A stretch of DNA of 63,930 nt, the filler included, from an uncultured Myxococcia bacterium (lineage in GTDB: Bacteria > CAZTWC01), in assembly GCA_964617105.1 (NCBI GenBank). It is 5 parts of 5 records of this genome, joined end to end, with 100 filler letters (N's around TTAATTAATTAA, not from the genome) between each part and the next. Parts side by side here need not be neighbours in the genome. Positions count along the whole stretch, not along the records: positions 1 to 13,065 come from CAZTWC010000085.1; 4 more parts are not named here. One strand, 5' to 3'. The position numbers were made by a program, and so were the translations under genes. Below, one piece after another: positions 1 to 8,871 of this stretch. Within the stretch, counting starts at the first letter, position 1; the number at the start of each line of letters is the position of its first letter. Below the pieces are notes generated by a model that had not been told where the DNA came from, ran no database searches, and worked only from the letters and a program-made list of their open reading frames with translations.

Positions 1-574
1 CCAATAGTAGATTAAGCCAATGATCAAGGTGACCGGCCAACACCTCTCCAAAGGGAATTTGCTGAGAGGTGATTCCCCTGCAGGTTACCACCGTTTTATC
101 TCGGTAAGTTTTGGGGGTGGGGATTTCTTGTTTAAAGCAAGTCAGTTTAAGTTGGGATACAAGATCTTGCCAATTAGCGCAGTCTTCGGACCAGTTTATA
201 TGGGAGATATGATAAATATCTACCAGAGCATTGACTTTAGAGCGGGCTATTTTTTTATAGGTAAGATTTTTCAAGGGATCTAAAAAAGATATTACCGGAC
301 CTTTTTCAAGCGCCAGACCAGCGTTTTTTTTTGGGGCAACCTGGTTTAGGAATAGATTGATGGTTTCTCTGGTAAAAAAAGTATAGTCCATGACCAATAG
401 GAAGGGGGGATCTATCAAATCGGAAATATCTTTTACTACTTTGGGTTCTAATCCTGCTGATTCAAGCACTTCGATTTGATATGAAACCAGGGGTTGGTTG
501 AGAATCATGGAGAGTCCACAGGGCTCATTAAAAGGTTCAATGATTTTATCGGTTTCCAGGATGTAGGCTTTCAT
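1..574 (-). CDS. Hypothetical protein, truncated at window start (possibly nucleotidyltransferase-like N-terminal domain); not in ORF track
   Basis: Hand translation from ATG at 574 (GGAG RBS upstream): MKAYILETDKIIEPFNEPCGLSMILNQPLVSYQIEVL...LAGHLDHWLNLLL, open to position 2 with no stop. Confidence 0.75.
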   Translation of the reverse strand, partial: MKAYILETDKIIEPFNEPCGLSMILNQPLVSYQIEVLESAGLEPKVVKDISDLIDPPFLLVMDYTFFTRETINLFLNQVAPKKNAGLALEKGPVISFLDPLKNLTYKKIARSKVNALVDIYHISHINWSEDCANWQDLVSQLKLTCFKQEIPTPKTYRDKTVVTCRGITSQQIPFGEVLAGHLDHWLNLLL

Positions 575-674
575 GTTTCTCCGGTGGAATTACTTCTGCA
601 AACTAAAGTTAAAACCTAAATAGTCTATGATATCTTAACGTTACAAAGTGATAACTGGTTTGGTTGTCCGCTTG

Positions 675-694
675 ATGATAACTTTTGTTATCAT
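675..694. promoter_or_regulatory. Palindromic putative transcription-factor site ATGATAAC-N4-GTTATCAT
   Basis: Perfect 8-bp arms in a divergent intergenic region about 200 bp upstream of a sigma54 promoter; extra TGATAAC half-site at 649-655. Confidence 0.5.
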
Positions 695-891
695 AATTGT
701 CTTTAAAGCGGTGAAAAAAGAGAAGATTACCGGTATGGAGCCGTAAAATCAACTGGAAAAGGAAATAAACCAATAAAAATAATCCGATAGAATATGACAG
801 AGTTTGATGTTGTGTAAAATAGTCTGTAATAACGGTATGATAGCAAGCGTAGTGACGTAGTGTTAAAAGGACACATTGTTAACTCCTTAAC

Positions 892-907
892 TGGCACGTT
901 ATTTGCA
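892..907 (+). promoter_or_regulatory. Sigma54 (-24/-12) promoter
   Basis: TGGCACGTTATTTGCA matches TGGCACG-N4-TTGC with exact GG-N10-GC spacing, about 70 nt before ATG 975. Confidence 0.8.
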
Positions 908-974
908 TTAAAGATTAAATACGATTTCTTACACCACATTGGGTAACAAGAGTAATTATTGGAGTTAAAAGAGT

Positions 975-2420
975 ATGGGTAACCAGATTAAAATAATATT
1001 AATGATGATATTGGCCATATTTCTCCTGTCATCCTGTGACGTACCCGTTATAAACGAGGATTTACTGGGAAAAACCGACCCTTCAAAAGAGGGAAATAGT
1101 GATGATAAAACCGGCTCTGTTGGTGACGCCAATAGCCAGGAAATTGGAAAAAATGACCCTGATATAGACAAAATTGATCAAAACCAAGATGGAACTGATC
1201 CGGATAGTTCAACCTCCGCGAGTGTTGATAAGGACTCTTGCCAGGGTACCTGCATACGCGGAGAAATTAAATTGGTTCAAGAAGTGGCCAAAGCCCCGAA
1301 AACCATAACTGTAGGGCTGATTGCTTTGAATTTTGACGATTTCAATGATCAGACCTGGCAAAATGGATACAAGAAGATATTGAGCTTAAAGGGGAATAAT
1401 GTTGAAAAGGTAAGTGCTAAAATATCTTTTAATGGAACTCGGGTTAACTATAAATTGCGTTTGCCCGCCAAACCGGATCACTTGATGTCAAAACCGGAAA
1501 GTATATTTACTGTGAAAGAGGTTCCGGATGATTTTAAAAGTGTAGTTTTTTTACCGATAGTTTATCACGATAAAAACCAAGATAGCATCTATATACCAGA
1601 AGACGGTGATGAATTAATCGGTTCTTCCGACCGGCGGGTGATAGCCTATTTAAGTGGTACTCTCCCCACTTATTTTTCTAAAGGAGGAGCCCGCCTGGGT
1701 TATCAACAGGTAATCATCCAAGACAATTATGTTTCTATTCAACCCATTGATATGCTTCTTAACCTGAAAATTCGCAATATTCCCCTGCCCACGGTGACTA
1801 TTAAAGGGGAGGTGATTGTCAACAAGGATGTAGAAGATCATATTTTTGGACTCAAGTTGCGGTTAGGGTTTATTTTGAATAACGATAAACAGAATAAAAA
1901 TCCCATTGATGATTCAATTTTAGAGATAGTCAGCCAGGATATTAATCTGACCTCTGCCTCCAGACACAGCGGTTTCAGTATTACTCTCCCCGATTTGACC
2001 GATAGGATTACCAAATTTGAGATGGGAGATCAGCGAATGAGAGTAGATGATTTGCCGGCCGACAATTATCAGGTAGTTGGAGTACCGGTGGTCTATTGGG
2101 ACCGTAATAACAGCGGCAAATACGAACATCATCAGGATACCAACGGAAACAATATATTTGATAATAGTGAAATAAACAATCTCCATCAAGATATTATTTT
2201 AGGGCAGTTGACCGAGAAATTGATTTTTACTTTCTCGTACGCTGAGCCGGATATTCCCCTGGTTTTGCCTTTGATGACTTCTTTGCACAAGGGGTGGAAT
2301 TTGTGGCAATATCATGTTAAACCATCATTGACCAGCAATCAGAACCAAAATCAGGAAACAGTATTCCAGAGTATCTCTATTGCCAGACAACTTAAGATTG
2401 AGATTAAAAATGGTAAGTGA
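975..2420 (+). CDS. Hypothetical lipoprotein with two internally duplicated domains
   Basis: 481 aa; signal peptide ending LSSC lipobox; acidic linker; two similar halves; GGAG RBS at 961. Confidence 0.8.
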   Translation: MGNQIKIILMMILAIFLLSSCDVPVINEDLLGKTDPSKEGNSDDKTGSVGDANSQEIGKNDPDIDKIDQNQDGTDPDSSTSASVDKDSCQGTCIRGEIKLVQEVAKAPKTITVGLIALNFDDFNDQTWQNGYKKILSLKGNNVEKVSAKISFNGTRVNYKLRLPAKPDHLMSKPESIFTVKEVPDDFKSVVFLPIVYHDKNQDSIYIPEDGDELIGSSDRRVIAYLSGTLPTYFSKGGARLGYQQVIIQDNYVSIQPIDMLLNLKIRNIPLPTVTIKGEVIVNKDVEDHIFGLKLRLGFILNNDKQNKNPIDDSILEIVSQDINLTSASRHSGFSITLPDLTDRITKFEMGDQRMRVDDLPADNYQVVGVPVVYWDRNNSGKYEHHQDTNGNNIFDNSEINNLHQDIILGQLTEKLIFTFSYAEPDIPLVLPLMTSLHKGWNLWQYHVKPSLTSNQNQNQETVFQSISIARQLKIEIKNGK

Positions 2421-2435
2421 TTTCTCAGGCGGGGT

Positions 2436-2467
2436 TAGCAACCCAGGAAGGAGATCCCGGGTTGCTA
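2436..2467. terminator. Hairpin between convergent genes (putative terminator)
   Basis: TAGCAACCC...GGGTTGCTA inverted repeat between stops at 2420 and 2484; no clear U-tract. Confidence 0.5.
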
Positions 2468-2483
2468 TAGATAAGTTTCACTT

Positions 2484-3083
2484 CTATAGTTTCTGATTGA
2501 TAGTGTTTATTACGGTTTTACGATTTTTATTATTCTCTTCGTGATCTTTAATTGCCAATAACTGGTCTCTACTTAGCCCTTTCAGCTCGTTAACCACATT
2601 TTTAACATTCAGGCTGTCAAAATCTTCAATTGGCAAGGTGGTAATTGCTGGTTCGGTGGCCAGGTTTTCTGCCGGAATGTTTTCATTTTGGGGCTCTATT
2701 ACTTCTTTGGAAAGGCCAGGAATTTTTCTAATCTGTTTATCGATATTTTCTATTGCCTGGTTGAGGCTATTGAAATTTTCCTGGGCCAGAGTATGGATTT
2801 TACCGATATTATCTTCAACGGTGTTTTTAACTCTTTTTTCAATTTTTCCCAGTTCTGTTTTTTGTTCTTTGATTAAAGTGTTTAACATTTCTCTGCCTTC
2901 ATTTTCAAAACGCTCTTTCATCTGGTTAAAATGTTGGGCCAGGTTGTTAATTTCGCCCTGAGCATATTCCATGACATTGATCCCTTTTTCATAGGTTTTG
3001 TCAAAGATGACCTGGCTTTTTTCGGCCAATTCCTGGTTTTGTTTGGTAAGTTTGTTAAACAGGTTGTCTAGTAATTCTTTCAT
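2484..3083 (-). CDS. Phasin/apolipoprotein-like amphipathic helical protein with conserved small C-terminal domain
   Basis: 199 aa; coiled-coil-like N-terminus without TM segment; C-terminal LPIEDFDSLNVKNVVNELKGLSRDQLLAIKDHEENNKNRKTVI resembles the LPIxxYDxL...E...R.TV module of granule/lipid-droplet-associated proteins; AAGGAG RBS. Confidence 0.6.
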   Translation of the reverse strand: MKELLDNLFNKLTKQNQELAEKSQVIFDKTYEKGINVMEYAQGEINNLAQHFNQMKERFENEGREMLNTLIKEQKTELGKIEKRVKNTVEDNIGKIHTLAQENFNSLNQAIENIDKQIRKIPGLSKEVIEPQNENIPAENLATEPAITTLPIEDFDSLNVKNVVNELKGLSRDQLLAIKDHEENNKNRKTVINTINQKL

Positions 3084-3178
3084 TTTGAATCTCCTTTCAT
3101 AAAGATAAATAAAAAATTAAATATTAACTTTAGTGATTAAATCCCGTGGACTTCTTTTGTTAATAGGACCAGCATCGT

Positions 3179-3229
3179 TAACGCGCCGCGTTATGGACAC
3201 AATATAACGCACCGCGTTAACGCAGTCAA
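3179..3229 (-). promoter_or_regulatory. Sigma70 promoter overlapped by two palindromic operators TAACGC-N3-GCGTTA
   Basis: Minus strand TTGACT (3229-3224), 17 bp, TATATT (3206-3201); palindromes at 3179-3193 and 3205-3219. Confidence 0.75.
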
Positions 3230-3270
3230 GCTTTTTTTGATAAATATTTTTTGAAGAGAATTTGAGGGCG

Positions 3271-3311
3271 AAAAAAAGGCCCTGGAATATTATAATATTC
3301 CAGGGCCTTTT
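3271..3311 (-). terminator. Rho-independent terminator (perfect 38-bp palindrome)
   Basis: AAAAGGCCCTGGAATATTA/TAATATTCCAGGGCCTTTT at 3274-3311; T7 tract on minus strand; about 40 nt after the stop of the 665-aa gene. Confidence 0.85.
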
Positions 3312-3352
3312 GAACTAGAAACAGATTCCCCTTGAGTCAGGGGATTTCCTTA

Positions 3353-5350
3353 TTATTTGATCAGGCAATAGGCGTTGGCATCTTTTTTACATTCCAAAAC
3401 CGTGAAATGAGTCATTTTGCTGTTGACACTATCGGTGTTGTTGGAATTGAATTTAAACAGGTCTTTGTAAGTAACGCCATTGAGGGTCATGCCCTGAATA
3501 AACAACTCTTCTGCGGTCCGGTCGGTGGCAGAAGCCTTAGAAAAGTTGGGTAGGACCATGTCGCCGGTTAAGGTTCCGGGATAAAAGATAGTCCAGTTGC
3601 CACTATTTTTGGTCATAAATTTAGCCCGCATAATGTCGGTGTTTCCTTTTGCAGGGATGGTGATTTTTTTAGCCGTAGCGGTAAAAGAGATCCCGTTGGA
3701 GATCTGGGCGAAATTTTTAAAGGTAAAGTCGCCAGGTTTGGAGGGAAAATGCTCAATCAATCCACTTACCAACGAACCGCTACCTTCGGAAGAAATCAGG
3801 CTAGCAGCATCGGTTGATAGTGCAATAGCCTTGTAAGGATTACCCTCTAAGCCATGGTGAAGGTCTGCGTAGGACAGTTCTACGAAACTGCCGGTTTTTC
3901 CCTCTGGAGGATTGATTTTGCCATCTGCTGGGTTGGTTTTTGCATCAGTAGTATCCACTCCAATTGTCAAGCCGGTGGGAACCAGGCCGATATTGGGAAC
4001 ATCAGTACCCACCAAAACAAATGTAGAGTCCATCCATTGGTTGGTTACACCTGGTTTTAGGGGCAGGTTGGGGATGGTGGCCTTGACTTTGTTGGTCAGC
4101 TGGTGAGTCAGGTCTAGATCAACTTTGTCAAATTTGGCAAAATCGGAGATCATAATGGCTTTGCCATTTTGGTCTTGACTGGGAACCCGGGGGAAACTAT
4201 TGAGATTTAGGTTAGTTTTAACGGCATGTTTCAATGTGGAAAACAAGGGTATAATTTTGGGTAATATTTCACCCAAATCTGCTGAGGAACCACCCGTAAC
4301 CTGACTGACCAGATCAATGGTTTGCTCTTCGTTCAAGCAGCCGCCAATCCCCCAACCGATCCGGCGACCAGGGGAACCAATCACTTTGTATTCATTTATA
4401 TCAATTCCCAGGGATTCTATTGACAACACCAGAGCTGAAGGTATGTCCAAAGTTTGTCCAAAAAGGGTTTGAGTAAGGGAATCGCCTACGAGCGCGCTAA
4501 AATTGAAATTGAGCATGTTGCCCGGCAAGGAAACGCCGGAAAGACCTAGTTTAGTGTAACAGTCTTTGGTCTGGTTAAATTTAAAGTTGCCTCTAAAACC
4601 GGCAGACTTGGTGTTATCCGATTTTGGAGACAGGTAGATAACAATATCCTGAAGATCTATTTGCATAATAGTGACATAGTCGTAGTCATTGTGAAAAATA
4701 CTAATATTGGAAGTGCCGCTTACGCCGCTAATTTGAGCAACGCCCAGGTTATCGGTGGTCACGACCGCACCATCATTAACTAGCACTTTGGCGTCTTTAA
4801 CCGCACCGCCAAGTTCGGAGTACACCACCACTCTGATGCCGCTGGTTACATCACCGTAGTTAGTGACTTTTACCGTATTAGAGCAAGTGATGTTTTGGCC
4901 TTTTACTTTGGCTTTGGCACTAATTTCCGCCACACCGCTATTACTGCCGCCTACGGCTTTGCCGCTGGCATCAACGGTTACTGCATTAGTGTCGGAAGAG
5001 GCCCACTCAAAAGTAGCGGCTGCATCTACACCACAAGCATCACTAAAAGCCTCGCCGTGTAATTGGATAGATTCGCCTTTGCGAATACCTTTGGCCGGGG
5101 TGGTAATCAGGCATTTGTCAGCCGGGGTTGTGCAGGCTACGGGGGTAATGTCGCTACCGGCATCAGCTTCGCCAGTTCCACCGTTGTCAGATTTTGGGGT
5201 ATCGGTTTGGGGGCCAGCATCTTTATCACCAGCACCATTTCCGCCATCAGTGGTTGCATCTGAGGGTGTATCATCAGACCCGCAGTTGTAAAAGAAAAGC
5301 ATCAGGGAAAGAACCATAAGCATACTTAACAGGATTTTGGTAACTTTCAT
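3353..5350 (-). CDS. Surface lipoprotein with Ig-like (Big_2-type) and carboxypeptidase-regulatory-like domains
   Basis: 665 aa; lipobox FYNC; DGG/DAG-rich linker; FEWASSDTNAVTVDASGKAVG Big_2 pattern; AVKDAKVLVND...TTDNLGVA motif. Confidence 0.75.
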   Translation of the reverse strand: MKVTKILLSMLMVLSLMLFFYNCGSDDTPSDATTDGGNGAGDKDAGPQTDTPKSDNGGTGEADAGSDITPVACTTPADKCLITTPAKGIRKGESIQLHGEAFSDACGVDAAATFEWASSDTNAVTVDASGKAVGGSNSGVAEISAKAKVKGQNITCSNTVKVTNYGDVTSGIRVVVYSELGGAVKDAKVLVNDGAVVTTDNLGVAQISGVSGTSNISIFHNDYDYVTIMQIDLQDIVIYLSPKSDNTKSAGFRGNFKFNQTKDCYTKLGLSGVSLPGNMLNFNFSALVGDSLTQTLFGQTLDIPSALVLSIESLGIDINEYKVIGSPGRRIGWGIGGCLNEEQTIDLVSQVTGGSSADLGEILPKIIPLFSTLKHAVKTNLNLNSFPRVPSQDQNGKAIMISDFAKFDKVDLDLTHQLTNKVKATIPNLPLKPGVTNQWMDSTFVLVGTDVPNIGLVPTGLTIGVDTTDAKTNPADGKINPPEGKTGSFVELSYADLHHGLEGNPYKAIALSTDAASLISSEGSGSLVSGLIEHFPSKPGDFTFKNFAQISNGISFTATAKKITIPAKGNTDIMRAKFMTKNSGNWTIFYPGTLTGDMVLPNFSKASATDRTAEELFIQGMTLNGVTYKDLFKFNSNNTDSVNSKMTHFTVLECKKDANAYCLIK

Positions 5351-5505
5351 TTTAAAGAACCCCCTTTGAATTAATGGAAAAAAGGTAATTGACTTTTTTG
5401 GTCAAGAGTGGGTAATAATCCTATATTAATGGAAAACTGTCAAGGAGATTTAAAGTCGAAATAAAGTTATATTTTAATTGATCGGCAGATGGAGGTAGAG
5501 AAAAG

Positions 5506-7230
5506 ATGAGAGCAAAATTATTGATATTGTTGATGTTATATGTTGTTTGTGCAGGATTTGTTCAGGCCAGGGTCAAGGGTTTAAACAACTATGCCACCGG
5601 CAAAAAAGTGATGGTAACCACAGATCATCCAATTGCCTCTCAAATTGGTGTTGATATTTTAAAACAGGGCGGTAACGTGGTTGATGCTGCGGTGGCCGCA
5701 ACCTTTGCTTTGGGGGTATTAAACCCCTTCTCCTCTGGTATAGGCGGTGGAGGTTTTGCCATCTATCTACCCGGCCCCGGCCAAAAAACAGAGAAGAAAT
5801 TAAAAGAAACAGGTGTATATGTTCTCGATTTTAGAGAGCAGGCTCCAAAATTGGTTACGGCCTCTATCTACGATAAAGGCCGGAGCCAGGGGAAAAGATT
5901 GACTTATGAAGGCCCATTAGCCTCAGGTGTGCCAGGAGAGGTGGCGGGACTGCTTCAACTTCACCGGAAATATGGCCGGCTTCCCCGGGCGCGGTTGTTA
6001 GAGCCGGCTATTAAGTTGGCAGAAATCGGTTTTAAACCCTCTCCATATTATATCAAAGTAATAGAAACCCATAGCGCTGAATTTCTCGCTCACGCCCCTT
6101 TGGCATCCCTGTTTATTCCCGGGGGCATAATTAAACCTGCCACCATAATAAAACAGAAAAAATTGGCAGAAACTCTAAAGTTAATCAGCAAAAGCGGTAG
6201 GAAATCGTTCTACCAAGGAAAAATAGCCCAAAAAATTGTCAGATGGTCAAAAAATAGTGGCGGGGCTATAACTTTGAACGACTTGAAACACTACCAAATC
6301 AAAGTGAGAAAGCCGGTTACCGGTCAATACCGTGGACTGACAATTCACTCCATGCCGCCGCCTTCATCTGGCGGTGCTTTGGTGGTTGAGATGCTAAATA
6401 TTCTGGAATCTTTTGACTTAGCCGGTATGGGCCATAATTCTCCCCGCTATATTCAGGTGGTGGTATCGGCAATGAAACAGGCTTATAAAGACCGGGCGAA
6501 ATATTTTGGTGATCCCGACTTTGTGAAAATTCCCCTTAAACAGTTAGTTTCCAAGGAATATGCCAAAGAGATTAGTGCCTCTATTAAAAAGGACATTTCC
6601 CTGCCAAAGGATAAAAAGAGTAAAATTATCCCTCCGCCCGATGATAGCGGCACCAGTCATCTTTGCGTGGCGGACCATCATGGAAATACCCTGGTATTGA
6701 CCTCCACCATAAATACTCTATTTGGTTCCAAGGAAATAGTGCCTGGAACCGGAATAGTGATGAACAACCACATGGATGATTTTTCCTGGCCCAAAGGAGC
6801 CAACACTTATGGTCTGGTGGGCAGCAGCCAAAATTATATCCAGGGCGGCAAGAGGCCGCTTTCCAGTATGTCGCCAACCATTATCACCAAAGCGGGAAAA
6901 CCAATATTGGCATTGGGCGCCTCTGGCGGACCCCGAATAATTTCCGCTACCTTGCAAGTAATAATTAATGTAATTGATTTTAAGATGAATTTAAAACAGG
7001 CGGTTGCTAAGCCCAGGTTCCATCACCAGTGGAAACCGGATACTATATTTTACGAGCCCGATTTGGCGGAAGGCCCAACCGGGGCTCAGAGAATGGAAAG
7101 ATTAAAAAAAAATGGTCTTACTTTTAAACAACGAGACAAACTAGGGGTGGTTCAGGCCATAGACCTGAGTCATGGACATTTGGAAGGGGTATCGGATCCG
7201 AGAAAATATGGACAGCCGGCAGGATTCTAG
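5506..7230 (+). CDS. ggt: Gamma-glutamyltransferase (exported)
   Basis: GGNVVDAAVA, SGIGGGGF, DFRE, GVPGEVAG, catalytic GTSH, KRPLSSMSP, SDPRK; signal peptide. Confidence 0.97.
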   Translation: MRAKLLILLMLYVVCAGFVQARVKGLNNYATGKKVMVTTDHPIASQIGVDILKQGGNVVDAAVAATFALGVLNPFSSGIGGGGFAIYLPGPGQKTEKKLKETGVYVLDFREQAPKLVTASIYDKGRSQGKRLTYEGPLASGVPGEVAGLLQLHRKYGRLPRARLLEPAIKLAEIGFKPSPYYIKVIETHSAEFLAHAPLASLFIPGGIIKPATIIKQKKLAETLKLISKSGRKSFYQGKIAQKIVRWSKNSGGAITLNDLKHYQIKVRKPVTGQYRGLTIHSMPPPSSGGALVVEMLNILESFDLAGMGHNSPRYIQVVVSAMKQAYKDRAKYFGDPDFVKIPLKQLVSKEYAKEISASIKKDISLPKDKKSKIIPPPDDSGTSHLCVADHHGNTLVLTSTINTLFGSKEIVPGTGIVMNNHMDDFSWPKGANTYGLVGSSQNYIQGGKRPLSSMSPTIITKAGKPILALGASGGPRIISATLQVIINVIDFKMNLKQAVAKPRFHHQWKPDTIFYEPDLAEGPTGAQRMERLKKNGLTFKQRDKLGVVQAIDLSHGHLEGVSDPRKYGQPAGF

Positions 7231-7286
7231 TTTTCGTCCGTGAATTTACTTAATCGTGAGAATTTGGCTGCGCTTGGTAAAAATAC

Positions 7287-7313
7287 TTGACATATTCACC
7301 TTTATTTTATAAT
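7287..7313 (+). promoter_or_regulatory. Possible sigma70 promoter
   Basis: Consensus TTGACA and TATAAT hexamers but only a 15-bp spacer. Confidence 0.4.
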
Positions 7314-7422
7314 TTTTAAGGTATTTCTCGGTAATCTACTATGAAATCGGTAATATGCCCAAACTATAACAGAGTGGTGGTTGCTGATTTTTGAACACAA
7401 AATTATGAGGTTAATCAAATCA

Positions 7423-8796
7423 ATGAAAAATGCAAAAGTGTTACAATGGAAATTAGCTAATATTTTATCTAGCATCAGTTTTACTTCCTTCAGCACACTC
7501 TGTTTTTTTCTGGTGGTGGCACTTTTTTTCAACCCGGTTTTAGCGGCCGATGTAACCGATGTGGCTGATGCCTTTGACGGAGCAGATCCCTTTGACGCCA
7601 ATGTGAATGTTTCTTACATTTTTGACTACAATACCGGCAGTATCGCCAGGGAAAATTTCGATACTAAATCTCAGACCGATTCTCCCCTGAGCAATTTTCC
7701 GGTAAACGACATTGATGTTTTTAATTTTACCCGCACAATTCACAAGATTCAATTGAAAACCGAAATTGGATTGTATAAAGATCTTTCCTTTTTCATCAAG
7801 GTTCCTATCGAGGCTCAAAACAGTTTTACCAACGATTTTAAAAATCAGAATAATATATATGTGTTAAAACAAAACCCTGTAAAATACAATTATCTCGGAC
7901 CCAATAAAGAAAAGACTGCAAATATTCTCAGAGAGCGAAACTTGATAGATGACGACAGTACGGAAAATACCAACTTTACTGATGTTCGTAAGGGAATCGG
8001 CGATATGTCTCTGGGATTCAAGTGGGGGGCTTTTAACTATCAACGTGATGAAACCAAGCCTAATTGGACATTAGGGATTGAATATACTATCCCCACCGGA
8101 ATCAAGATGGAGCCCTACCGCAACAGCGGCGTATTGGGTGGCGTAGGCCGCGGAATTCACAGTTTTAACTTCTCCTCCGCTTTTAGCAAACGGATAGCGT
8201 TTGTTGAACCCTATTTGAAATTTGATTACACTGTAAATATTGTGCCAAACAGCGCCCACGGCAACTGGCGCACAGATCCGGATTGCCTGAGCACTAATAA
8301 TAATAAACCGACTAAATGTGGCACCGTGATGGAAAATGTCCTTTCCCACATTGCTCCTGGTCAGCGGGGAACCCTGGTGGCAGGGGCTGAGTTTATCCCC
8401 TGGGAAAATTTGAACAAACATCAGAATATTAAGATAGATTTGCGTTTTTGGGGAGGTTTCAACAGCAAAGGCAGGTAACTTTCTCAGGTTTCCGATCTAC
8501 TGAACGAAGCCACTTTTGTAGAGCAGTACTCCTTTTTAGGTGGTATGATCGGTTTTTATGGTCAGGTGCTGAAATTTGTCGGCTTTAAAACTTCTCTGCA
8601 CTTCAATCGAGATAGCTCCCACTATTTAACCATCGAAAAAACCGGTAGTGACCATAACAGCAATGGTAAAATTGAACAGGATCTAGGAGAAAAAAATAAC
8701 GATTATAATGAATCATACGACCAGATCGGTAAACGTTTTAAACTTTCCAGTGATTTTACCATGGCCTGGATGTTCACCACCATAATAATGTTTTAA
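7423..8796 (+). pseudogene. Putative outer-membrane beta-barrel protein interrupted by one in-frame TAA (8476-8478)
   Basis: ORFs 7381-8478 and 8545-8796 share a frame, which is open between them; signal peptide, amphipathic beta-strands, GIGDMSLG and IPTG motifs, terminal Phe. Start codon uncertain. Confidence 0.65.
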
Positions 8797-8871
8797 TGTT
8801 GCTCTTTTCCTCCTAATAACCGGACGCAGCAGCGTTATTTGGTTTATTATTGTCTATATAAGGGAATTACA

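Noticed and set aside
5389..5405. TTGAC-N7-GTCAA palindrome between the Ig lipoprotein and ggt
   Set aside because: Only 5-bp arms and can be explained by back-to-back -35 elements of divergent promoters.
8476..8478. Stop-codon reassignment or readthrough
   Set aside because: TAA, TAG and TGA all terminate conserved genes at expected positions elsewhere in the window; a lone TAA is better explained by mutation or error.
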